A stretch of DNA of 64,000 nucleotides from Octopus sinensis (taxonomy: Eukaryota), in NCBI RefSeq assembly GCF_006345805.1, contig NC_043011.1:21340464-21404463 (forward strand), written 5' to 3'. The notes below the pieces were generated by a model. That model saw only the letters and a program-made list of their open reading frames with translations. It ran no database searches and was not told the origin of the DNA. How positions within the stretch are numbered: position 1 is the stretch's first letter; each line of letters opens with the position of its first letter. A program made the translations under genes and the position numbers. Below, one piece after another: positions 1 through 12,277 of the stretch.

Positions 1-149
1 AATACTCAACTGGTACTTATTTCATCAACCCGAAAAGGATGAAAGGCAAAGTTGACACCGGCAGGATTTGAAATCAGAACGTAAAAACGGACGAAATGCT
101 GCTAAGCATTTTGCCCTGCTTGCTAACGATTCTACCAGCTCAACACCTA
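1..149 (-). mobile_element. tRNA-derived SINE, family N (Nin/Deu-domain-like core), partial
   Basis: Reverse complement of the GGCGGCGAGCTGGCAGAA...GTTCAAAT...GACTTTGCCTTTCATCCTTTCGGGG consensus that recurs through the window. Confidence 0.75.
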
Positions 150-169
150 AAAATATGTTTAAAAAAATA

Positions 170-421
170 ATAAACGCGCCCTTTTAAAGCCTAGCCAGGC
201 TCATGGTCCCGGTTTCCCGGTTTCTATGGCGTATGTGTTCCCCAGCTGGACGGGACGCCAGTCCATCGCAGCATTACTCATTTTTGCCAGCTGAGTGGAC
301 TGGAGCAACGTGAAATGAAGTGTTTTGCTCAAGAACACAACGCGTCGCCCAATCCAGGAATCAAAACCACAATCTTACGATTATTATGCTGACACCCCAA
401 CCACTAAGCCACGCGCCTCCT
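170..421 (-). mobile_element. tRNA-derived SINE, family V (V-domain-like GCGATGGACTGGCGTCCCGTCCAG core), near full length
   Basis: Minus strand begins GGAGGCGCGTGGCTTAGTGG (A box) and contains GTTTTGATTCC (B-box-like). Near-identical copies at 13527-13771 and 32290-32541. Confidence 0.85.
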
Positions 422-486
422 CAGCTCAACACCTTACCAAACTTAATGATGAAAACTATATAGAATATAACAATAGCAATAATAAT

Positions 487-630
487 AATTTTGGCACAAG
501 ACCAGCAATTATAAGAAATGGGGTCTAGTTTATTACATCGATCCTAATGCTCAACAGGTACTTATTTTATCCATCCCTAAAAAATAAAAGGCAAAGTCGA
601 CATCGGCGGAATTTGAACTCAGAACTTAAA
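487..630 (-). mobile_element. SINE family N, degenerate
   Basis: AAAGGCAAAGTCGACATCGGCGGAATTTGAACTCAGAAC motif. Confidence 0.65.
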
Positions 631-1429
631 GTTCGATTTCTGGTTTCTAACAGTGTCATTGCCGTCAGAAAGCAAAGCTCTGGAACAAATTAGTGAGATA
701 TCTCATCCAACGCTCTGGCAATTTTGCTATTACACTTCCATGGATTGGTATTTATTTTATTTATTGATCCCAATATGATGAAAGGTAAGAGTTGACTTCA
801 GAGGAATACGAACTCAGATCCCAAAGAACCGGAAAAAAATCGCAAGTTATTTTATCTGACGCTCTAAAAATACCTAAAAATACCTAGACTCACCCAATTC
901 GCCGTTTCTCAATTCTAAAATAAACAACGATGCACCGAGCAACGGAGTGGTGACGCTTGGAATACATTTATCGTAGCTTTGTTCAGTCAAGATAGACCTG
1001 AGTTTAGATAACAAAATTTCAAATTTTGGCCCAAGGGCAACAATTTTAGGAGAGGGGGAAAACAATTTCTCCTGCTTTAGTCACAAGACTTAAAATTGTG
1101 GGATCAGACTAGTCGCTTACATTTACCCAGTGCTCGGCTGTTACTTATTTTATCGAACCGGAAAGAATGAAAGACAAAGTCGGCTTTGGCTGAATTTGAA
1201 CACAGCCAGAGGATATAAGAATGTAGAAATCTTGGAGCTATCTTGAAACGAAATGAATTAACATTTTAAATAATTGCTTCAAATTTTGACACAACGCCAA
1301 CAATTTTAGTGCGATAGGTAAGTCGATTTTTACATCGATCATATTATTTGACTTGTATTTTATTATAAACGACCCAGATCAGCTTTGCCTTTCATTTTGG
1401 AGTTGTTATAATAAAGTACCTATTTCTTT

Positions 1430-1633
1430 ACTACCCACAAGGAGCTAAACACAGAGAGGACAAACAAGGACAGACAAACGGATTAAGTCGATTATATCGA
1501 CCCCAGTGCGTAACTGGTACTTATTTAATCGACCCCGAAAGGATGAAAGGCAAAGTCAACCTCGGCGGAATTTGAACTCAGAACTTAGCGGCAGACGAAA
1601 TACTGCTAAGCATTTCGCCCGGCGTGCTAACGT
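1430..1633 (-). mobile_element. SINE family N, near full length
   Basis: High similarity to copies at 51300-51525, 56065-56260 and 59405-59634. Confidence 0.85.
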
Positions 1634-2676
1634 TTCTGCCAGCTCGCCGCCTTGTGGAGTCGTTATAATAAAGTACCAATCAAGTACTGGGGTAGATGTA
1701 GTAATCGACTTACCTATCCCACTAAAATTGTTGGCGTTGGGCTAGAATTTGAAGCAATTATTTGAAATGTAATTCCACTTAATTTCAAGATACCTCCAAT
1801 ATTTCTAGATTCTTGTGTTACCTTCTGGCTGATACGAGTATAGTAATGGAAAAAGAAACTTAAAATTAGTTAGTTAGCTATACTATTTTTTATGGGATAC
1901 CTTGAGGATGTTAAGCCCGATCTGTCGATTAAAAACCAAAAATATCCATCAGTGACCTAAACGAAATAAAAAAGATTTCAAAGGTGAAGTGTAATTGGGC
2001 TTCACGCTCCACTCACCAGGAGACACAGAATTCAGACATAAAATAAATAAATAAATAAATAAACCATGGAGGTTGTGAGCTGTCCATGCTTCCCATGCGT
2101 ATTCGTTGTATTATCGAAATTAATGAACTGGAACCAGAAACTGAATCTATATATCAAAGCGATGCGTCGGAAACTTGCCTGTTTTCTACAGTACTCGATC
2201 GACTGAAAAATGTAGATACAAATTGGAACTTAGCAATATTCCTAGAGGTTGCAACAAGAGTAACAATTTTCCGGACATATGAAAGCTCTGTTATTATAGA
2301 ATATCGCACCACAATGCTAAAATCATGACATAATTCCGTATTCATGCACATATAGCTTAAATGACACAATTTTTATTGCATCCTTCTTCTTTAAAGATTC
2401 CTTTTTTTGTTGCGAAATTCCTCTCTTTTTTTTTTTTGTACTGGAGTCGCGCATTTCGGGAAAAAAAATTTCAGCTTTCACTAAGTATTCAGAATAAAAA
2501 GGTGTGTTTCTTCATAACATTGTTTAAAATTGCTAATTTTTTTTTCGTAACGAGTAAAAAAGAAAAAGAAATGGCACACAAAAGAGATATTTAAGTTAAC
2601 ATAAAACAGGAAAACTCTAGAAATAATTTCACATAGTCTTTCAGGAAAGCTTTATATACAAAGCAAGAATGTAAAA

Positions 2677-2694
2677 ATAATAATAATAATGATG

Positions 2695-2739
<45 letters not shown>

Positions 2740-2922
2740 GTAATAATAATAATAAGAAGAAGAAGAAGAAGAAGTAGAAGTAGAAGGAAGAAGAAGTAGA
2801 AGGAAGAAGCAGAAGAAGAAGAAGTAGAAGTAGAAGGAAGAAGTAGAAGTAGAAGGAAGAAGAAGGAAGAAGGAAGGAAGAAGAAGAAGAAGAAGAAGAA
2901 GAAGAAGAAGAAGAAGAAGAAG
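2677..2922. repeat. Compound microsatellite (AAT)n then (AAG)n/(AGAAGT)n
   Basis: Directly visible. Confidence 0.95.
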
Positions 2923-3334
2923 AAAACTACACTTTTCCAATACAGTTGTCAATTCACTTGATATCATTGAGTATTTATTCTCGTCGTCTGGAATTATTCG
3001 ATTTCGGCATTGTGTGTCATCCTCGTCCTCCTTCCTCTCATTCCTCGTTCTCCATTGTTCTACTAGCTTTGTTATTATGGAGAACGCTTTTGTAACTCAT
3101 AACAAGTCGCCGCTCCATCACAAAGGCTTTGCCTTCATGTCGCTATTGTTGTCACTATTTAGCACCAGATCTAATCGATCAAGGCAGAGCTATGATCTAA
3201 TTATGCCTTCTAATCGTGACCATCGCTTTTCTTTTCAAATAATGGGTATCGAGGTACTTACCGAACCTGTCCGTTTGTTTTAATACGGAGAATACGATTA
3301 GAGGGGTATTTGGCTTTGGTTGATATTTATATAT

Positions 3335-3338
<4 letters not shown>

Positions 3339-3396
<58 letters not shown>

Positions 3397-3437
3397 TCTC
3401 TTTAGAGGGTATTTGGCTTTGGTTGATATTTATATAT

Positions 3438-3491
<54 letters not shown>

Positions 3492-3515
3492 TCTCCTCTC
3501 TCTCTCTCCTCTCTC
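3339..3515. repeat. Two (CT)n tracts within a short tandem duplication (unit GAGGGTATTTGGCTTTGGTTGATATTTATATATGCTTT)
   Basis: Unit seen at about 3302-3338 and 3406-3443, each followed by (CT)n. Confidence 0.9.
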
Positions 3516-3677
3516 CCCCTCGTTGGTCCATATAGTGTAGAGTATATAAACATATGATCCAGCTTAATGACTATGGACGGAAATCTCATCTGGAACCTGA
3601 TATCGAAACTATGTCGTATATTGAAATCGAAGACAGCTATCTGTCTATCTACAACACTCACATGGGAAAACCTTAAA

Positions 3678-3890
3678 ATTGGCAGAACCTTTAGCACGCC
3701 GGACAAAATACTTAGCAGTATTTCTTCCAACTCTTAACGTTCTGAGTTCAAATTCCTCCGAGGTCGACTTTGTCCTTTATTCTTTTGGGATCGATAAAAT
3801 ATTTAAATATGTACCAGTTGAGTGCTAGGGTCGATGTAAATCGACTTCCACCTTCCTTCAAAATTGTTTGTGCCAAAATTTGAAACCATT
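3678..3890 (+). mobile_element. SINE family N with (GTT)/(ATT)n tail
   Basis: TGGCAGAA...GTTCTGAGTTCAAATTCC...GAGGTCGACTTTG...GTCGATGTAAATCGACT. Confidence 0.75.
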
Positions 3891-3903
3891 GTTGTTGTTG
3901 TTG

Positions 3904-3934
<31 letters not shown>

Positions 3935-3984
3935 AATTATTATTATTATTATTATTATTATTATCATCATCATCATCATCATCA

Positions 3985-4032
<48 letters not shown>

Positions 4033-4036
4033 TATT
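3890..4036. repeat. (GTT)n/(ATT)n/(CAT)n compound microsatellite
   Basis: Directly visible. Confidence 0.95.
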
Positions 4037-4504
4037 GAGTGAGAGAGCAGTGCATGCCATCAAATTGACACTGGGGTAAAATACACGAAGCCCAATATAC
4101 CCATCATGACTACCCGTCTGATAAGGGTACACTAGGCACATGTATCACAACCATATGTGCGCGACATGGTGATCCCATATCAAAATAAACAGCACATGAC
4201 CTTGCAGGTGGGACCCAGTTAGAATTTTCTTCAGGTGGAGTAACCCATCCTGCTCAAAAGGTCCCTGAATAAGGGATGTTTAAGGATGTTGAACGAAGCA
4301 CCCATGTTTCCAGAAGTGAATTATTCAAACCTCAAAGAATCCCTCTCAACATATTGCTATGATGCTCCCCCACTACTTCTGCTTGGGATCAGAGGTGCAC
4401 ATATCGTCAGCCACTGAGGGACATGCTCAACGGGTTAAGGTCAAACAACTGACAAGCAAATCTGTGGTATTAAGCAGAATATTTGCTGTAGCCCATCTTT
4501 TATA

Positions 4505-4505
<1 letters not shown>
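4037..4505. mobile_element. Probable non-coding ~470-bp interspersed element inserted in an (ATT)n array
   Basis: Complex-sequence block bounded on both sides by (ATT)n (3890-4036 and 4506-4558), with no credible ORF. Confidence 0.55.
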
Positions 4506-4558
<53 letters not shown>

Positions 4559-4790
4559 TTTGAAGTTAGAGCATCATCAACAAAGTGTTATTAACTGGTT
4601 ATAATATCACAATTATTTTATCACTAACTATAACACCTTATCCTCTTGACAATTATATATGTAGCAATTTGCTGCCATAAGATTTTGAGGTGTGTATGTT
4701 TGAACATACACACACGCTCACATATATATAGGGGGAAAGAATGACAGAGACAAAGATTGAAACAGAAAGTGGGAGAGGGAAAGAGAGAGG

Positions 4791-4839
<49 letters not shown>

Positions 4840-5199
4840 GAGAGAGGACATATATGTTCGAACAATCCCAGTACTGTTCGGCAAAAATTATATCGTGTCT
4901 GAGATTAATTGGTTTATAAGTATTTAATTTCTGACTCTGGAGTCGGTTTCGCCGTTGATCATTCTGCAGTCGATAAAATAAGTACCAGCTGTTCACTGTT
5001 TCTGTCCAATTTCTAGGCCGTTTGGGTTGTTATAATTGGGTAATTAAATCTAACAAAAAGTAGGCAAGTTGTCCGTGGAGAAGCATAAATGCATTAAATA
5101 TGCGTTTATGCTTCTCCACGGACATAATCTGTCATGCGACGCTGAAACTATAATTAATGAAGCAAAGATCACCTCAATCCTGCCAAACACTGTGCATTA

Positions 5200-5465
5200 A
5201 TATGATATCGGTATGGTGAAAGGTAAATTCATGCAAAAATATTTCGTCCATTGTTTTACCTTCTGGAACTAATTATACCTGGATGTTGCATTCGATATAA
5301 ACTGGAAGATTTTGAAAGATGTAAACCTAATAGAAATACCTGTGAATTACTTACAACTGAAAAACACCTCATACTCGCAAATCTTAATAAATATACTGAC
5401 TATCTAATTGCCAGATCAGAGATATTCAGCAAATGCTATCATTTCGATATTTATCTGCTATAAAC
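5200..5465 (+). pseudogene. Penelope-like element relic, C-terminal part of the GIY-YIG endonuclease
   Basis: Frameshifted translation INWKIL..CELLTTEKHLIL..ARSEIFSKCYHFDIYLL resembles the PLE C-terminus W.IL..C.LC..EK..I..N.RSE..SKCRH..K.LL. Confidence 0.65.
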
Positions 5466-5605
5466 ATGAAGGTTATCGCTACCTGCCTGAATGGATCAAC
5501 ATAGAGCTGTTTACCGATAAAATTCATATGCTAACATTTTCCTCATTTTTCAATAGCCCTACTACTTACTTCAGCCTGAAACTCTACTTATATATATATA
5601 TATAG

Positions 5606-5812
5606 TTAATCCAAACAAGAAAACACAGAAAAAAAGAGAAAAAAACACAGCAACGCAAGACGTGGAACAATTAAAGTATTATTGACGCTCAGGAAAGAAG
5701 GGAAGGAGGGTTTAACGTTTCGAGCGGAGCTCTTCGTCGGAAACAAGGAGAAGGAAAGATCCCAAGGAAGGAAGACATAGGAGAAAATATTTGAGCTGGT
5801 GGTGCTCAAGAG

Positions 5813-5817
<5 letters not shown>
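5606..5817 (-). mobile_element. Short hammerhead-bearing repeat (PLE pLTR/retrozyme-like) inside (TA)n
   Basis: Flanked by (TA)n on both sides, homologous to 24233-24408, HHR-like core at 5710-5744. Confidence 0.6.
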
Positions 5818-5872
<55 letters not shown>

Positions 5873-5890
5873 CTTTCTTTCTTCTAATCT

Positions 5891-6060
5891 TTTACTTGTT
5901 TCAGTCATTGACTGCGGCCATGCTGGAGCACCGCCTTTAGTCGAGCAAATCGACCCCGGGACTTATTCTTTGTAAGCCCAGTACTTATTCTATCGGTCTC
6001 TTTTGCCGAACCGCTAAGTGACGGTTGTCAAGCAATGCTAAGGGGACAAACGCCGACACA

Positions 6061-6155
<95 letters not shown>

Positions 6156-6262
6156 TACGACAGGCTTCTTTCAGTTTCCGTCTACCAAATCCACTCACAA
6201 GGCATTGGTCGGCCCGGGGCTATAGCAGAAGACACTTGCCCAAGATGCCACGCAGTGGGACT
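5891..6262 (-). mobile_element. SINE family C (CORE-like CTTGGGCAAGTGTCTTC box, internal CA/TA microsatellite)
   Basis: Matches the complete + copy at 14655-15135. Confidence 0.85.
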
Positions 6263-6489
6263 CAGTATATTCAGACAATATTTCCACTTTCAGTCTATCA
6301 ACAAAGCGATATATTTATTTTCCAAGAACCTTTAACTAGATATGAGACACACACGCTCACATATACATACATGCATACATATGTGTATGTGTGATGAACT
6401 CTCCTGTTACAATTTTCTGCTGTACAAATTATTTGTTTATTTTGATCGAATGTTTGCCTTGTACATTAGGTTGATCCCTCCATAAAATC

Positions 6490-6655
6490 GACATTATCTG
6501 CACAGGTGTACGATGCGCCCCACGCCAGGTATCAAAGTGGTTGTAGAGCACCGTGAAATAGTGTTTTACTCAGGAACAGAACGCACCACCCGAGAATCGA
6601 AACTATGATCTTGCGATCCTAAATGCAACAGTCTAACCACTAGGCCATGCGCCTT
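6490..6655 (-). mobile_element. SINE family V-related, partial head
   Basis: Minus strand has GGCGCATGGCCTAGTGGTTAG...GTTTCGATTCTC (A and B boxes). Confidence 0.6.
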
Positions 6656-6656
6656 T

Positions 6657-6765
6657 ACACACACAAACACACACACACACATAGACACACACCACACGCA
6701 CACACATATATACATAAACACACACCACACACACACACACATATATATATATACACACAGACCAC

Positions 6766-6796
<31 letters not shown>

Positions 6797-6838
6797 CACA
6801 CACACCACACACATATATATATATACACACACACACAC

Positions 6839-6884
<46 letters not shown>

Positions 6885-6910
6885 TGCATACCCACATACG
6901 TACACACAAA
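6657..6910. repeat. (CA)n/(TA)n compound microsatellite
   Basis: Directly visible. Confidence 0.95.
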
Positions 6911-7304
6911 CATATCCCGATTAATCTTAATTTAATTACATATTTTTACTGTTAGCTCAAAGAAAATAATTCACCCCAAATTATATATATTTGATAAGGA
7001 GTAAGTTGTACACCTTACCTTAATTTACCCCATGTTTTCTTTTCCCAAGACATTTCCCGATGAGCTGACAGAGGTCGTTAGAACGTTGGAAAAACTATTT
7101 TGATATATCCTAGTTATGAGTTCAAGGCCCGTCCAGGTCGACTTTACTTTTCCGCCTAACGTTAATTGTTCCTTCCCCGAGTGTCTGCACGCTAGAACTC
7201 CTTTCCTGCTCGTGTTTTTCGTGCATGTGATGACTTGCAACATATCAAGCGGAACGTTAGCGGCACTAAAATCACCGATCTGTGAAGGACATGATTATGT
7301 CCTT

Positions 7305-7692
7305 GGAGGCGCAATGGCCCAGTGGTTAGGGCAGCGGACTCGCGGTCATAGGATCGCAGTTTCGATTCCCAGACCGGGCGTTGTGAGTGTTTATTGAGCG
7401 AAAACACCTAAAGCTCCACGAGGCTCCGGCAGGGATGGTGGTGATCCCTGCTGTACTCTTTCACCACAACTTTCTCTCACTCTTACTTCCTGTTTCTGTT
7501 GTACCTGTATTTCAAAGGGCCGGCCTTGTCACTCTCTGTGTCACGCTGAATATCCTCGAGAACTACGTTAAAGGTACACGTGTCTGTGGAGTGCTCAGCC
7601 ACTTACACGTTAATTTCACGAGCAGACTGTTCCGTTGATTCGGATCAACTGGAACCCTCGTCGTCGTAACCGACGGAGTGCAAAAGAAAGAA
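7305..7692 (+). mobile_element. Full-length tRNA(Arg)-like SINE, family A, with 12-bp TSD
   Basis: A box TGGCCCAGTGG, B box GTTTCGATTCC and TCG in the anticodon-like position. TSD GATTATGTCCTT at 7293-7304 and 7693-7704. Confidence 0.9.
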
Positions 7693-9149
7693 GATTATGT
7701 CCTTATCCCCAATATTCAGCAAGAAAATTAAAAGCACGCATATTCGTTGTTAATGTAATCAAGAAAGTTTAAGAAAATGATTTATAGAAGACAAAGCTTT
7801 CGCTAAATTGTGCGAACGCTGACAAACATATGCCATGAAACTGTCACATCTAGAAACATATGGGACGAAAATGTCTAAGCAAAAAGGCGGATCTGTTTCT
7901 TTCTTTACATCAGTAACAACCAGGATCTTTTCTTTGAAATTACTAAATTGACAAGTAATTTAAAAGCCATAAAATTATGTGAAGCATAAGAGGGGAAAAA
8001 AAAAGAATTTTGTTGAAGTCCTTCCGTATGTCTTATTTTCTTTTATTGAATAAATTTTTCCGTCCACTTTTCTTTATTTCGATTTTCTCATCAATTGCAA
8101 TGTTTTGTATATGTTTTTTCTTTTCTTTTTTTTTTTTTTGAAGATATTTCCTTTTGCTTTACATTTATCACAAAGCTGTCAGTTTGAATCAGCAATTTTT
8201 TTTTTTATTTCATATTACAAGGGCGTAGCGATGGTAACCGTTTCATCATCGATGTAGAATACGGTATCTTAAGACTAATTTATTCGTCTGTTGCCGTTGG
8301 TGTTTCAGATTTTGTACTTGTATGTACTTTTAACTATTATCATTTCTTCATTTCTTTCTTAATAAGCATCTAAATATTTAGAGAGATCTTAGAAATTTTA
8401 TATCTTTCGATTCTGTAAACGACTAAACGACATAATTATTGTGTCTCCTAGTAACATATGCATACGCATGTATGTACACATGCGTCTCACGTGTCGAGAA
8501 GCACATACACACATATCACGCTCGCATACTCATGTTTAGACAATACAAATTTATGCACATATATTAGATTTTTTTTTAAATGAAAACAATGCTACTGATT
8601 TAAAAAATAAAGTAAATGTGACATTCATGCATTTCTCAAGTGCATTATAAACGTAACTGAATGAAATGGTTTCAAATAAGAGTCGAAACAAAGACGCTTA
8701 TTTCTATCGAGAAAATAGTTATTTAAAAATTTATCCTGTGAGGGGAAGCTGTGACGTTCTTTCTTTTCCTAAGGGGCGTAAATGAAATAAACTGACTTCA
8801 CTTAAATATTGATCTTATTTTCTCGAAGTATTCACCGGTGCGCTACAGAAATTTTTTGAACTTCGGAGAAAATGATTTGCGGTATTATTTCCGGCTCTTT
8901 ACGGTCTAAGTTCAAAACTATCGATTTTGCCTTCAGTCCTATTGGAGTCGATGGAATAAAGTACCAATCAAGTACCGGGGTCAGTGGCATCGATTAACCT
9001 CGTTCTATCAAAATTGCTGACCTTGTGCCTAAATTAGAAACAATATTTATAAGTTAATTACTTAAAGGTTTAAGAAGAAAACAAAATACTATTTGCATGA
9101 GTGTTCCATTATTTTTACTGTTTATTGCCAGAATCTTCTCTGATGCACA

Positions 9150-9720
9150 TTGTATGGAACATATTGAACTCTTATAGATACAGAACAAGATTATGAGAAC
9201 GAGGGCTGAATAAAATTAATGCTTCCTGCTCAGAAACTAAACATCTCTTTGCTCTGCGTTAAACAACGTGCACAAACCAGTCTGTGGTTGGTTTTTGCCT
9301 AATGCCAAAATTACTGCTAACTTCTTTCCCACATACATAAAATCGTTCACAAATAATGTTTATATTACCAACTCTAATATTGACATGACTCTCCTTTTGC
9401 ATGACCTTTATTTTCTGTGTGATTCTATTCAGCCCTATTTTATTATCTTCAGATAACAGTTTAGTTGTTATATAATGCATTTTTCTCTTGTGATACTTAA
9501 AGATATGTACGTCATCAGTAAAAGCATTCGTTCATTATTCAGATATCCTCACTCATTTCACAAAAGTTTTCATTGTTTTTCTTGTTCTTTTATCAGAAAA
9601 TCAATTGCAATAAAAAAAAAACGTAACGGGAATAGCGCAGACCTCTATAAGATTACCAATTCGATTGTGAACTTCTTGGTATCCTTACCTATTGTAGTCT
9701 TGCATAAGTGTATTGACTAC
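9150..9720 (-). pseudogene. Possible heavily decayed LINE apurinic-type endonuclease (RTE-like) fragment
   Basis: Minus translation IRVGNIN...CGKEVSSNFGIRQK..DWFV loosely resembles IVMGDFNAKVG...FGLG.RN..G..LV. The match is weak and interrupted by many stops. Confidence 0.3.
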
Positions 9721-10161
9721 TGCATAATCGCTGGTTTGTAATGAGCGAGATAGTGGCAGAGTACACGAAGCAGTTAGTAATCATCTTATATCTACAAGTC
9801 GTGACTAGTTTAAAATGTAGTTGAAATAACTTAATACCATACGTTCAATTTATACTAATGCATACTAGTTAATAGCAATAGGTTCAGTCAGTTTTTATGA
9901 TAAAATGACTGAAGTAATTACGTTAGCTATTTTTGGATTCTACTAGAATATTTCTGATTACATTCCTACCATTATACAGGTATTCAATTATTTTGTACAT
10001 GTACAGACATGGCTTTGTGGTTAAGACGTACGCTTCGCAGCCACCTGGTTCTCGCTTCAGTACCACAACACAGAATCTTGGGCAAATGTTTTCTGCTAAA
10101 GCTCTGAGCATCCAATACCTTGGGAATAGATAAAAGCCCATCGTATATACATACATACATA

Positions 10162-10203
<42 letters not shown>

Positions 10204-10768
10204 GAGGGAGAGGGGGAGAGAGAGACTGTGCACGTGTGTAAGAGTTTTTGTGTTTATTGTCTTTCACTGCTTGATGTGTTGGTTTATTTCACGTCCATGT
10301 AAGTTTAACAAAAGGAAACCAATAGAATAATTACTAATTTTTTAAAAATAAGTATCGGGGACGTTTTGCTCTGCTAACCTTTACAAGCAAATGCCTCATC
10401 ATAACCGCAGTCCCATGGTGGACATAAGTAAAAGTATAAAAGAAGTATAACACGCCAATCAATATTATAGTCTCTGCAGGTTCTGGAATTTGCAAATAAA
10501 ACTCAAACCAAGTTTAGTTATCTCTTCTGCGCCATATTTCAGCAATCGAATCGCAGTATATTGTCACATTTCTGCTTTCTGATTAATTCAAATATTTCAT
10601 GCCAGCCTTCTTTGATCAGTTGAATACCAACACAAAGTTGAAATCAAGGATTCATCTTGTGGACATCAGTACTTAACAACTCAGAGGGAGTGGCCTCTAA
10701 GTAGCAGCTTGATCTTCTTGAAGCAGCAGCTAGCTAGACTTCTCTCAAATCAAGCCCTGCCATCTTAA

Positions 10769-10988
10769 CCCTTTATAATTCGGATTATTCTGTCAAATGC
10801 AATGCTTATTATTTCTCATTGTTTTGAACTAATCCTATGTTATCTTATAGCTTTGAGATTTAAATGATGTGATTGTTTACTTTTAGAATGGCATTGTAAG
10901 TGAAGTGCGAGAGGCCAGATCTGGCCAGCTAGAAAATAAAACAGGTCAGATATTTAGGCTGGATATGGCCGGTTTAAATACCAAAGGG
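10769..10988. mobile_element. piggyBac-type MITE (220 bp)
   Basis: TTAA|CCCTTT...AAAGGG|TTAA, i.e. TTAA TSD at 10765-68 and 10989-92 with CCCTTT termini. Confidence 0.8.
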
Positions 10989-11340
10989 TTAAACAAAGCA
11001 TGATACATTAGAAAATGTCATTAATGACTACGTCTGAAATTAAAATGCGATGGTCACATCTGGAGTGCCGGCAACAGCAACAGCAACCCGGTCTCTTTGA
11101 TTTCTTTTACAGTACTGAAAGACATTTCCTACTTCTTGTCAATATCATTGTCTTTTTTAAAAAAATTATTTAATTATTTATCATTTATGATTTCTTGTTT
11201 CCGCACCCACCAATGCAGTAAAACATTCCAACACTATTGCACTCTTAAATCAATGGAAATTATGAATAAGATTTGTTTTTGTTGAACCTGGGTACGATTG
11301 ACTTCAGTTTCTGTTATAGCTTGTTTATACAAGCTCTAAT

Positions 11341-11388
<48 letters not shown>

Positions 11389-11819
11389 CGATCTGGAGGG
11401 ATAAAAGTTGATCTTGGCACAATTTTAACTCAGAGCTTAAGGAACCGGAGACAGTATACCGCAAGGCATTTCGTCCGACCATTCTAACGATTCTGCTAAT
11501 TTGCCATCTTGAAGAACTGGATTTATTAGCGGAAACGATACTTGAACTAGGGGATGGGTTTATCAGGCAACCTGACTGTAGGTATTCTGAACATTCTCAC
11601 AATGAAAGGTGTTGGCATATTGTAAATAGTAATGTGATTAGCTGGGAAAGTATCAATAATATATATATATATTGATTCAATACTTTGGACATTTAGAGGT
11701 ATACATTTTGAAGGTATCAATGAAGTCGATTGAATTAATCCTAGTGAGAGGAAAGTCTATACAATCGGGCGGCAGGCCGGCTGCTACAAGAATCCTGTAA
11801 ACGCATATATGTATGTACC

Positions 11820-12060
11820 TTTTATCTTGTTTCAGTCATTTGACTGCGGCCATGGTGGGGCATCGCCTTGAAAGGCTTTACTCGAACAAATAGACCCTAA
11901 GGCTTATTTTCTTAAGCCCAGCCCTTATTACATCGGTCTCTTATGCCGGTTACAGGGGATATAAACACCGGTTGTCGAGTGGTGGTGGGGGACAAACACA
12001 GACACAAAGACACGCACACACAGATACATATATACATACATACATATATATATGTGTGTG
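11820..12060 (-). mobile_element. SINE family C, 3' half
   Basis: TTGTTTCAGTCATTTGACTGCGGCCATG tail motif. Confidence 0.75.
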
Positions 12061-12086
12061 TGTTTGTGTGTGTGTGTATGTATATA

Positions 12087-12129
<43 letters not shown>

Positions 12130-12136
12130 TATATAT

Positions 12137-12277
12137 TTCGTTTTGGGATTTGGTTTGCAAGATTCTTTATATGAGTTCGTGTGTTGAAGCATATTCTGTT
12201 GTGTCTGGGGAGAGTCATTTTCTTTTCGTGCCTTATAATGTAATACACTCACCGGTAAAATTTCCCCAGACACAACA

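Noticed and set aside
7305-7380. tRNA-like sequences at SINE heads (also 345-421, 14655-14725, 55938-56005)
   Set aside because: A/B boxes are present but no complete cloverleaf with a paired acceptor stem, and each continues into a SINE body. These are not tRNA genes.
7836-8330. Short ORF MKLSHLETYGTKMSKQKGG... and an exon-like segment near 8222-8270
   Set aside because: Both are short, have no recognisable homology and lack a convincing donor/acceptor pair compatible with the aminopeptidase exon.
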